Shown here one piece after another: positions 54,575 to 64,000 of a DNA stretch of 64,000 bases. The notes below the pieces were generated by a model. That model ran no database searches. It had not been told where the DNA came from and saw nothing but the letters and a program-made list of their open reading frames with translations. Source of the stretch: Eledone cirrhosa (lineage: Eukaryota); assembly GCA_964016885.1 (NCBI GenBank), contig OZ024741.1, positions 203,794,001 through 203,858,000 of the forward strand, written 5' to 3'. Positions within the stretch are counted from its first letter, which is position 1. Each line of letters starts with the position of its first letter. The translations under genes were made by a program, and so were the position numbers.

Positions 54575-56315
54575 ATTATTATTATTATTATTATTATTAT
54601 TATTGTTGTTGTTATTCCTTGAATCTCAGTCATTGATGTTGGTTAACTGGAAAGTCCGTTGGATTGAATATCAAGCCACTACCTGCAGCCTCAGATATTC
54701 AGGACGTATGGGAGGGTTCTTGCTGTTCCAAGCAAGCATGCCTTTTGAAGCGTTCCAAAAAGCGTGAAGGGGCCGATTTTCTTTAACCATCCCTGGAAAC
54801 TTTTGGAGATAGTCCCCAGTGCGCCTATGACAATCGGGATCACTTTGACTTCATGGCAGTTCCAAATCCTTTTCACCTCCCACTTTAGGTCCTGGTATCG
54901 GTTAATTTTCTCCCTCTCCTTCTCTTGCACTCTCGTGTCGAACGGGCAGGCCACATCCACAATCAGACACGATCTTTTTTCTTTGTCCACAACCACCAGG
55001 TCAGGTCTATTGTGTTCCAGTTTTTTGTCCGTCTGTATCCTAAAATACCACAGCACCTTCACCTGATTGTTCTCCATCACCGCCTCTGGCCTATGATCAT
55101 ACCATTTCTCAGAATGTGGTAAATTGTTTACTTTGCACAGGTGCCAGTGGATCACCCTGCCCATCACATCGTGTCTCCAGCCCTTATAGTGGGTCTGGGC
55201 TAGGTGTTTACACTCGGACAAAATGTGAGCCACAGTCTCCTCTCTCTCTCCACAGATCCTGCACAGTGGGCTAGCCTCCTCCTTGTAGATATGGTGCTTC
55301 AACCACTTCGTTTTGAGGGCCTGCTCCTGCGCAGCCATTAGCATTCCTTCTGTAGCCTTTTTGAGGTCTCCTCTTCTCAACCAGTTCCATGTCTGTGGAT
55401 CTCTAAATTCAGTTTTCTCAAAGAAGGTACTATGAAGGGATTTTCCCTTAAGGCTGCTCTTCCTCCTTGATGTTATTTCCTCCTTGGACATCCCCTGGCC
55501 TACTGTCCCCTCCTTCAGTACAGTTCTGAGCATTGGCTCCTTACTATAGGTCACGTATTTGTATAGGTTGTTTTTCTCCATCTGAACACAGTCCTCTATG
55601 CTGATAAGACCTCTTCCACCCTCAGATCTCCTTAGGTAGAGTCTATCGACATCACTCCTCTTGTGGAACATGTTGTAGATAGTCAATAGCTTCCCTCCAC
55701 CCGAAGCTGACGGCCATGTTCAATGACTGCTTGGTGTCGGGTGAGGTGCCAGAGTGGTTGACAAAAGTACCATAGTTCTGATAATGAAAGATCGAATCAA
55801 GGGTAATGATGTTACCAACTATAGACCTATCACATGTCTGTCCGTAATGTGGAAACTGTTGACGAGCATTGTGTCTGAGGAAATCTACCATCACCTCCAC
55901 ACAAACAACTTGTTACCGGACGAACAGAAAGGATGCCGAAAGAAGTCACGTGGTACAAAGGACCAGTTACTTATTGATAAGATGGTAATGGGGAATTGCA
56001 GGAGGAGACACACTGATCTTGCCATGGGATGGATAGACTACAGAAAGGCATTTGACATGGTGCCTCATTCCTGGATCACCAAAAGCCTGGAGATCTTCAG
56101 GGTGGCAGATAACATCAGACAGTTGCTAGGCAGGAGTATGGGGTCCTGGGAGACAGAGTTGACATCAACTGGAGTATCCTTGGGAAGCGTGAAGATCAAG
56201 AGAGGTATCTTCCAGGGAGATAGCCTGTCCCCTCTGTTGTTTGTCCTTGCCCTGATGCCCTTGACCATTATGCTGCGAAAAGTGAGAGCAGGATACAAGT
56301 TGGGAAGGGGAGAGC

Positions 56316-56316
<1 letters not shown>
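54575..56316 (-). mobile_element. R4/Dong-like retrotransposon with 5' inversion (3' part on -, RT N-terminal part on +)
   Basis: 54691-55686(-): EGGRGL, CRIC..HILSEC, RHD, NRPDLVV..IVDVACP. 55754-56316(+): [36 protein letters not shown]. Flanked by (TAA)/(TAT)n on both sides. Confidence 0.9.
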
Positions 56317-56371
<55 letters not shown>

Positions 56372-56372
<1 letters not shown>

Positions 56373-59300
56373 GGCGACCTACGTAGTAAATCGTATCATC
56401 GTGAGCTCCGCAAAGGTTTGTTATTTCCGTTTGTTAAAAATTGTCATTTATGGAAAATTTTATTGTTAACTGTTTATAAGCGCACATACATTGTTTTCCG
56501 AAAAGGACACCCAAAAAGATTGGGCCTTGTGCCCAAAATTTAAACTTTTATTATTATCAAAAAATTTCTTTGAAAAAAATGGCTAATTCACCTCTGCACG
56601 AAGCAGCTGAAAGCCTTCCTCACAAATTAACACCTCACACCGACACCACTATTGTAAATGTTACTACGTTTGCCAACACAAAAAAAAATATAAGCACTAG
56701 CAATATTTTAAATTTGTCTCAGGCAGACATTCATTTCCCGCCATTACTAATGACTGCAGGTGTTAAAGCCTCCACCACCACCACCACCGCGACAACCACC
56801 ACCACCACCACCGCGACAACAGAAACAAAAGAAGAAAAAATAAATTAACTCGTGATGTCGAAATGAAATCAAGCAAAATGGACTCTGCCCCACCAAAGAC
56901 GACTGACGTCACCACCACCACAACTGAAACTAAAATTAATATTAACGATAGCAACAACAACAACAATGACATTATAAAAAACCTCCCTCAGTTTCGCCAG
57001 AGTAGCAAAACAGTTCGAAGCATTTACGGTAACTCAGGAGGATTTAGAAAATGGTAAAGAAAGATGGGTACAGGGTCAGCCCCCCCCCCACCTAATAAAA
57101 TGGAGCATCGGCGCCTATGCACCGTGTCATATAGAACAATAAATGTAAAATCGCGCCGAGTGGAACGGGCATCCGAGTCCCAAATCCAAAAAGCTTTGGG
57201 GTGGGCAAGAAAAACCCACATCAGACGTGGGCAAAAGTATGGAACCGTGGACGTGTTCTTTGAAACACCAGAGGAGGCTAGAGAACACTCCATGGCCCCA
57301 TTAAGAAGTGACGACTTCACACTCGTCCCAAACTATTGTGGCCAGAGACTCGTAAAGATCAGGGTGACCCACGTTCCACCGGCCATCGAAATTCCCTGGC
57401 TAATAGCGGCTGTCCTCGCCGGCATCGAAGCCAACACGAAAATAATAGCAATAGCAAAATAAAAGCAGGAGAACTGGTCCGGATCTGGGATGGAGCTCCT
57501 GATCCAAGCGGACCAAAAAAGCATTGAGGAGATCCCAGAGGTAATAGACCTCACTGACGGCAGCCACCTCACGGTAATTGTCGAGGGCAGAAGACCTAGG
57601 TGTGTCGTTTGTGGTGAAGGAACCCACCTAAGGGCTTTCTGCCCTCAGGCTAAAAGGTTGAGGCCACCTCTCCTACCCACCCCAGTGACACAACCATCAA
57701 CACCACCAGTAGCAGAGATGGCAGCAACAACTGTAGCAGCAACAACAGAAGCAACTATAACAGCAACAACCCCAGCAACAGTAGAAAAACCAACACCACC
57801 ACCACCACCAGCAAAACCAACACCACCACCACCCAATGCTTCAGAACTAGCACCAACGCCTACACCATCCACCACGCCACAACCAAAACTAACGGCTGTG
57901 GAGGATTTTCCACTCCCCGGCCTATCACAACTGGAGACAGATTGTGACGACGAGGAGTGGGAAACGATATCCGGAAAAAAAAAGAAACCAAAAAAGAAAA
58001 AATTCTCTTCCTTCCCCCTCCAAAAACAAAATACAGAGGGAAACAAATAAATTAAGAAACAAAAAAGTTAGGACAGATATGCCACCATCCACACCAGCAT
58101 CACCAACCCCATCAACCCAAACACCAACACCATCACCATCATTAACCCCAACACCACCATCACCTACACCACAAAAGTCACCAAAATGCGAAACAGAAAC
58201 AAACCCACAACAAACGCAAACAAAACAAAACAACCAAAACGATACACACTACACAGCATTAAATTTGAACAACAAGCTTTCAGGTTAGTGGCCGTCTATG
58301 CCCCGACAGAAGCAGGGCGGCCTGATTTCTTCCGGCGTCTGGAGACCTTTCTTGGAACGTCCCGCTCTTTAGTGTTAGTGGGCGACTGGAACGGGATCTT
58401 AGATGCACGCTGGGATTGTGTGGGATTAGTGGATAGGGAAGGAGGGTGCAAGAGTCTCACCAACCTGCTCAGACGTTTTGAACTGTCTGACAGGTACCGA
58501 TTGGATTTCCCGAATGTACCAATGTGGACTTGGACAAATCGCATAGGGTCATCCAGATCATATCTAGATAGAGTATTTTGTAGGGAAATAGATAGGTCTA
58601 GCATAGGCTGTCCACAATTCAAGATAGTCAGCTACACGGACCACAAATTCGTGATCTGTGTGCTTGACTTAGATAGGCTTCATAGACGAGGACCCGGCTA
58701 CTGGAAGCTAAACGCGTCCTTACCAGCGCGCAAGGCCTACAGAGACCGGATTAGCGAACTAGTTAAGCGGGCGTTGACGGGGGCCGTCGTCAACAACAAG
58801 TGGTGGTTTGCTCTGAAAAGAGCAATTAGAATAGAGTCCATTAGGTTTAGTAAGACTTCAGCAATAGAGAAAAATAGAGCAGAGGGAGAATTAGTTAGAA
58901 AATTAGATGAGGCGCTTAGCAAAGGCATCGCGACCGACGTACTTGCGGCGAAATTGGCCCTTGACCAATTCTTCAATGCAAAGCACGAAGGCTGCGTTGT
59001 CAGAGCTAGGGTGCGTGCTCTCAGACACGAGGGGAAGAAAGCCGTTCAATGGGCCCGAGTGGCGGAGGCGCGTCGTGGCAACAAAGCCACGATCCGGTCT
59101 TTGGTGGACCACGACGGGCGCATGCTACTCGATCCCGGGCAAATGTGTAAAGCTTTTCAGCGACACTTCGCTCAACTGTTCGGGGGCAGTGGCGGGCCGG
59201 ATCGAGGGATGGACTTTAGTGTCTACCTCGACGGACTGCCGCGGCTTTCGGCCACTGAGGCGGAGTGTTGCGAAAAGCCGATAACAACCGCTGAAGTACG

Positions 59301-61601
59301 GGATGCAATGACTAGTTGCACAAGGGGTAAATCGCCTGGTTTGGATGGTCTGCCCTATGAACTTTACGTACAAATGCCAGACTTGTTCGGAGGCCTTTTG
59401 GCGGACGTCTACTGCAACTGGCAACAGAACGGGAGAATTCCCAGCTCTGTGAGCCGAGGAGCGGTGGCGCTGCTGAGAAAGGATCCGAACAAGGGGGATA
59501 ACATAGATAATTTTAGGCCCATAACTCTGCTAAACACAGAGTTCAAGATTTTGGCCAAGGTGCTAGCAAAGAGGTTGGCGCTTGTCGTTGGTGGTCTGGT
59601 GGGAGAGGCACAGACATGCGCCATTCCCGACAGATCCATCCACGACAACCTCCACCTCATGCGATACATCGTAGAGAGGGTAGCTAGGGAACCTGGCACG
59701 GGTGGGTCTTTGATCAATTTAGATCAGTCGAAAGCCTTCGATAGGGTCGACCATCGTTACCTAGCGGCAGTCCTGAGGGCGGCTGGCTTTGGGCCCGTCT
59801 TCAGAGGCTGGATCGCTGCCATGCACAGCGACATCTGCTCTGTAGTGAGAGTGAACGGTCACCTTTCGGAACCGTTCAACATCATGGGCTCGGTCCGCCA
59901 AGGATGTCCCCTCTCGTCTCTATTGTACGTATTGACTCTCGAGCCATTACTGCACAAACTGGAGACGTTGAGGGGGGTCCCGCGCGAACTAGGATGCGGA
60001 AGATCCGTGTCAGCATATGCCGACGATGTCACCGTAGTGGTGTCGAACGCCAAACACATCGAGGCGATCGGCACTACACTAAGAGAATACGAAGCGGTGA
60101 CAGGAGCAATGATCAACCAGGAAAAGTCAGTGGGCCTGCAGCTCGGCACCTGGAGAGGCAGGTCCATGCCGTCCAACAGCGTCGTCGGGCGCTGGACGGA
60201 CGGACCGGTTAAATTTCTAGGGGTCTGGTTCGGTCCAGACCTCCAGACGGACAAAAACTGGGACGAGGTGACGAGCAGGGTGGCTTCTCTCACCCAGAAA
60301 TGGGCGGAGAGGAAGCTATCCCTGAAAGGTCGAGCGGAGGTGGCGAATGCGTACATCGCATCCGTCATCTACTACCGCCTGACCGTCGTACCTTGTCCTA
60401 AGCCCCGCCTGACTGCGCTGGAGCGTTTGCTCTTTCGCTTCTTGTGGAAGGGACGCGCTCCGATGGTCAGGCGGTCCATCTGCTGTCAACACCCGCTACG
60501 TGGAGGGCTGGGCATGCCGTGGCTGATGATGCGCAGACACGCGCTCAGGCTACGACATCTCCACCTCTTCCTCGACGGTGATAAGGTGTGGTCGCCGTTT
60601 GCTAGACACGTTTTTCCCCAGCTCGTCTCCTTGACGGAGCTGCAGTCCTGGGTCAAGCGAAGACCGAGAGTTTCCACCGATCATATTGCCCAATCGGGCA
60701 ATATGATCGGTGGAAACTCCACCTTGGCGTTCTATAGGGGATTAGTGGAGGGGAAGAGCGACGACGTACTTGGAGAAACTCTAGGCGTCGACGAAAATCA
60801 ACTAGCCAATCTCTTCGGAAGGACTTTCGGGCCGGGGCCTATGGACAACTTCCAGAAATCCCTGGCCTGGCAGTGCTACCGAGGAGCTTTGCCAGTTCGG
60901 GATAAACTCTACAGGCATGGAGGTGCCGTCAACCGGGCATGTCCGAGATGCGCGCAGGGCGACGAAACCATCCTGCACGCACTCGTCCTGTGTCCGAGCA
61001 TTGCTGACTTGTGGGTTTATGTCGAACACCTGCTGTCACGTGTAGGACGGATCCAGCTATCAGCTGAGTCCATCGTGAGGATTGCCCCGCCCCCTTCCTT
61101 TAGCCGGGAAGGGCAGGCAGTTTTTATCTGTCTGGTAGCCATGGCGAAAGAGATAGTATGGTGGACACGTTTGAAAGGGCTGAAGACGAGCACTTACCTC
61201 TTCGGTGATGCCCTGATTAACTTTTTCAAATTTCATTTGAAAAGTAAAATCAGGGTAGAGAGGGAAGTGCTCTCTTCCCAGCATTTTGTTGAAAGATGGG
61301 TGAGAGAAGCAAGTATGGCCCGAATGTATGGGCCTTCTCTGAGTATGTGTCTGTAAATTAAAGGTGGAAAACTGGGAGAGGGCACTTGCCCTGGTGGTCA
61401 GGGCCACTGTGGTCTTTTAATGGGCTTTCTCCACAAATGTCCCTCGGAAGTCTCCCCCCTATTGGGGAATTTTTCTTTGTTATTTTTATTTCAACCTCTG
61501 TTTTTTTTACACGCAGAAATGCCCATTTGTACCGTACTGTATTGTCCTGTACTGTCCTTAATGTCTACTTTATGTAAACCCTTGTGGTTAATAAAGAAAA
61601 C
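56372..61601 (+). mobile_element. Tx1-like L1-clade non-LTR retrotransposon (ORF1 + ORF2) inserted in (TAT)n
   Basis: ORF1 pieces at 56570-58288 contain an RRM-like region and CVVCGEGTHLRAFC. ORF2 spans 58186-61356. The 3' end is AATAAAgaaaac followed by (ATT)n. ORF1 has internal stops. Confidence 0.92.
58186..61356 (+). CDS. Tx1-like ORF2 (N-truncated APE endonuclease, reverse transcriptase, CCHC)
   Basis: VAVYAP, GDWN, SYLDR, TDH, GYWKLN, KSPGLDG, NFRPITLLN, LDQSKAFD, SVRQGCPLS, YADD, KFLG, CPRC..ETILHALVLC. The first ~100 aa of APE (NxxG, LQET) are absent. Confidence 0.9.
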   Translation: MRNRNKPTTNANKTKQPKRYTLHSIKFEQQAFRLVAVYAPTEAGRPDFFRRLETFLGTSRSLVLVGDWNGILDARWDCVGLVDREGGCKSLTNLLRRFELSDRYRLDFPNVPMWTWTNRIGSSRSYLDRVFCREIDRSSIGCPQFKIVSYTDHKFVICVLDLDRLHRRGPGYWKLNASLPARKAYRDRISELVKRALTGAVVNNKWWFALKRAIRIESIRFSKTSAIEKNRAEGELVRKLDEALSKGIATDVLAAKLALDQFFNAKHEGCVVRARVRALRHEGKKAVQWARVAEARRGNKATIRSLVDHDGRMLLDPGQMCKAFQRHFAQLFGGSGGPDRGMDFSVYLDGLPRLSATEAECCEKPITTAEVRDAMTSCTRGKSPGLDGLPYELYVQMPDLFGGLLADVYCNWQQNGRIPSSVSRGAVALLRKDPNKGDNIDNFRPITLLNTEFKILAKVLAKRLALVVGGLVGEAQTCAIPDRSIHDNLHLMRYIVERVAREPGTGGSLINLDQSKAFDRVDHRYLAAVLRAAGFGPVFRGWIAAMHSDICSVVRVNGHLSEPFNIMGSVRQGCPLSSLLYVLTLEPLLHKLETLRGVPRELGCGRSVSAYADDVTVVVSNAKHIEAIGTTLREYEAVTGAMINQEKSVGLQLGTWRGRSMPSNSVVGRWTDGPVKFLGVWFGPDLQTDKNWDEVTSRVASLTQKWAERKLSLKGRAEVANAYIASVIYYRLTVVPCPKPRLTALERLLFRFLWKGRAPMVRRSICCQHPLRGGLGMPWLMMRRHALRLRHLHLFLDGDKVWSPFARHVFPQLVSLTELQSWVKRRPRVSTDHIAQSGNMIGGNSTLAFYRGLVEGKSDDVLGETLGVDENQLANLFGRTFGPGPMDNFQKSLAWQCYRGALPVRDKLYRHGGAVNRACPRCAQGDETILHALVLCPSIADLWVYVEHLLSRVGRIQLSAESIVRIAPPPSFSREGQAVFICLVAMAKEIVWWTRLKGLKTSTYLFGDALINFFKFHLKSKIRVEREVLSSQHFVERWVREASMARMYGPSLSMCL

Positions 61602-62724
61602 ATTATTATTATTATTATTGTTGTTATTCCTTGAATCTCAGTCATTGATGTTGGTTAACTGGAAAGTCCGTTGGATTGAATATCAAGCCACTACCTGCAG
61701 CCTCAGATATTCAGGACGTATCGGAGGGTTCTTGCTGTTCCAAGCAAGCATGCCTTTTGAAGTGTTCCAAAAAGCGTGACGGGGCCGATTTTCTTTAACC
61801 ATCCCTGGAAACTTTTGGAGATAGTCCCAAGTGCGCCTATGACAATCGGGATCACTTTGACTTCATGGCAGTTCCAAATCCTTTTCACCTCCCACTTTAG
61901 GTCCTGGTATCGGTTAATTTTCTCCCTCTCCTTCTCTTGCACTCTCGTGTCAAACGGGCAGGCCACATCCACAATCAGACACGATCTTTTTTCTTTGTCC
62001 ACAACCACCAGGTCAGGTCTATTGTGTTCCAGTTTTTTGTCCGTCTGTATCCTAAAATCCCACAGCACCTTCACCTGATTGTTCTCCATCACCGCCTCTG
62101 GCCTATGATCATACCATTTCTCAGAATGTGGTAAATTGTTTACTTTGCACAGGTGCCAGTGGATCACCCTGCCCATCACATCGTGTCTCCAGCCCTTATA
62201 TGGGTCTGGGCTAGGTGTTTACACTCGGACACAATGTGAGCCACAGTCTCCTCTCTCTCTCCACAGATCCTGCACAGTGGGCTAGCCTCCTCCTTGTAAA
62301 TATGGTGCTTCAACCACTTCGTTTTGAGGGCCTGCTCCTGTGCAGCCATTAGCATTCCTTCTGTAGCCTTTTTGAGGTCTCCTCTTCTCAACCAGTTCCA
62401 TGTCTGTGGATCTCTAAATTCAGTTTTCTCAAAGAAGGTACTATGAAGGGATTTTCCCTTAAGGCTGCTCTTCCTCCTTGATGTTATTTCCTCCTTGGAC
62501 ATCCCCTGGCCTACTGTCCCCTCCTTCAGTACAGCTCTGAGCATTGGCTCCTTACTATAGGTCACGTATTTGTATAGGTTGTTTTTCTCCATCTGAACAC
62601 AGTCCTCTATGCTGATAAGACCTCTTCCACCCTCAGATCTCCTTAGGTAGAGTCTATCGACATCACTCCTCTTGTGGAACATGTTGTAGATAGTCAATAG
62701 CTTCCTAGTCTTCCTATCCATTTC

Positions 62725-62728
<4 letters not shown>
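61602..62728 (-). mobile_element. 5'-truncated R4/Dong-like copy, near-identical to 54605-55692
   Basis: Same translation with one frameshift near 62200. (TAA)n on both sides. Confidence 0.9.
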
Positions 62729-62776
<48 letters not shown>

Positions 62777-62945
62777 ATTATTAGCAGTACCGGTAGAGGG
62801 TCGGACGCCATGCTTTCCAGCATAGTTACGTCTGAGTTCAAATCCCGTCGAGGTTAACTTCGTCTTTCATCCTTACTGGGTCTATAAAATAAAGTACCAG
62901 TAATGTACTGGATAATTGCTGGCCTTGTGCCAAAAATAGAAACAA

Positions 62946-63792
62946 TTATTATTATTATTATTGTTCTTTGAGTCACAGTCATTGATGTTATTTAACTGGA
63001 AAGTTTTGTTGAAATGAATATCAAGCCGCTACCTGCAGCCTCAGATATTCAGGACGTATCGGAGGGTTCTTGCTGTTCCCAGCAAGCATGCCTTTTGAAG
63101 TGTTCCAAAAAGCGGGACTGGACTATCTTTCTTTAACCATCATTGGAAACTCTTTGAGATAGTACCTAGTGCTCCTATGACAATCGGGACGACTCTGACT
63201 TCATGGCGGTTCCAAATCCTTTTTAACTCCCACTTTAAGTCCTGGTATCGGTTAATTTTCTCCCTCTCCTTTTCTTGCACTCTCGTGTCAAATGGGCAGG
63301 CTACATCTACAATCAGGCACGATCTCTTTTCCTTGTCCAAAACCACCAGGTCAGGTCTATTGTGTTCCAGTTTCTTGTCCGCCTGCATTCTAAAATCCCA
63401 TAGCACCTTCACCTGATCGTTTTCTATCACCGACTCTGGCTTATGCTCATACCACTTCTCAGAATGTGGTAAATTGTTTACTTTGCATAGGTGCAGTGGA
63501 TCACCCTGCCCATCACATCATGTCTCCAGCCTTTATAGTGAGTCTGGGCTAGGTGTTTACACTCGGATACAATGTGAGCCACAGTCTCCTCTCTCTCTCC
63601 ACAGATCCTACAGTGGGCTAGCCTCCTCCTTGTAAATATGGTGTTTCACCCACTTCGTTTTGAGTGCCTCTATGCGGATAAGACCACTTCCACCTTCAGA
63701 TCTCTTTAAATAGAGTCTATCGACATCACTCTTCTTGTGGAACATGTTGTAGATAGTCAATAGCTTCCTAGTCTTCCTATCCATTTCTTTTT
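62946..63792 (-). mobile_element. Third, more diverged R4/Dong-like copy with internal deletion
   Basis: ORF 63140-63430(-) NRPDLVVLD..IVDVACP. About 250 bp are missing near 63670. Confidence 0.85.
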
Positions 63793-64000
63793 GTTCAGCA
63801 ACATTCCATTTCAGAATTCCCGCACTCTACTTAATAATAGACACAGCTCGGGAATATTCACTGCACTTATGACATTCCTACTATTTAGACGTGATTTTAA
63901 TACACTCCTTACTCTCCTTATGTACTCAGATCTTATCAATTCCTTCATTTTTTTTTTTGTTCTTGATGTCATCTGCCTCCAGAGCACCTAAATATTTGTA

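Overview
AT-rich, microsatellite- and transposon-dense eukaryotic DNA. The tRNA-headed SINE family and repeat landscape resemble a coleoid cephalopod, probably an octopus (inference from recognition, not a search). Most of the window is mobile DNA: R4/Dong-like RLE retrotransposons and Tx1-like L1-clade elements packed into (TAA)n tracts, Helitrons, RTE, CRE, Penelope-like fragments forming fold-back palindromes with hammerhead-like motifs, Chapaev3-like and mariner-like remnants, and many SINEs. Reading splice sites by hand reveals two host genes that the ORF track misses or shows only in part. (1) An apparently intact three-exon + strand gene (TATA 38523; signal-peptide exon 39015-39065; large exon from 44534) encodes a 371-aa prepro-polypeptide: METYLILVCCFVISTA-LP followed by 16 KR-delimited 21-aa repeats that would release about 15 copies of a non-amidated 19-mer, SIPADMA[V/I]ASQ[D/E]IPASVLS, which I do not recognise as any known peptide family. 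(2) A divergently oriented, degenerate - strand gene (exons 20410-20306, 12537-12404, 11005-10911, 7653-7552) encodes a secreted PHM/copper type II monooxygenase-like N-terminal domain with in-frame stops and a broken acceptor. Several further orphan exon-like segments are listed at low confidence. Repeat boundaries are approximate.
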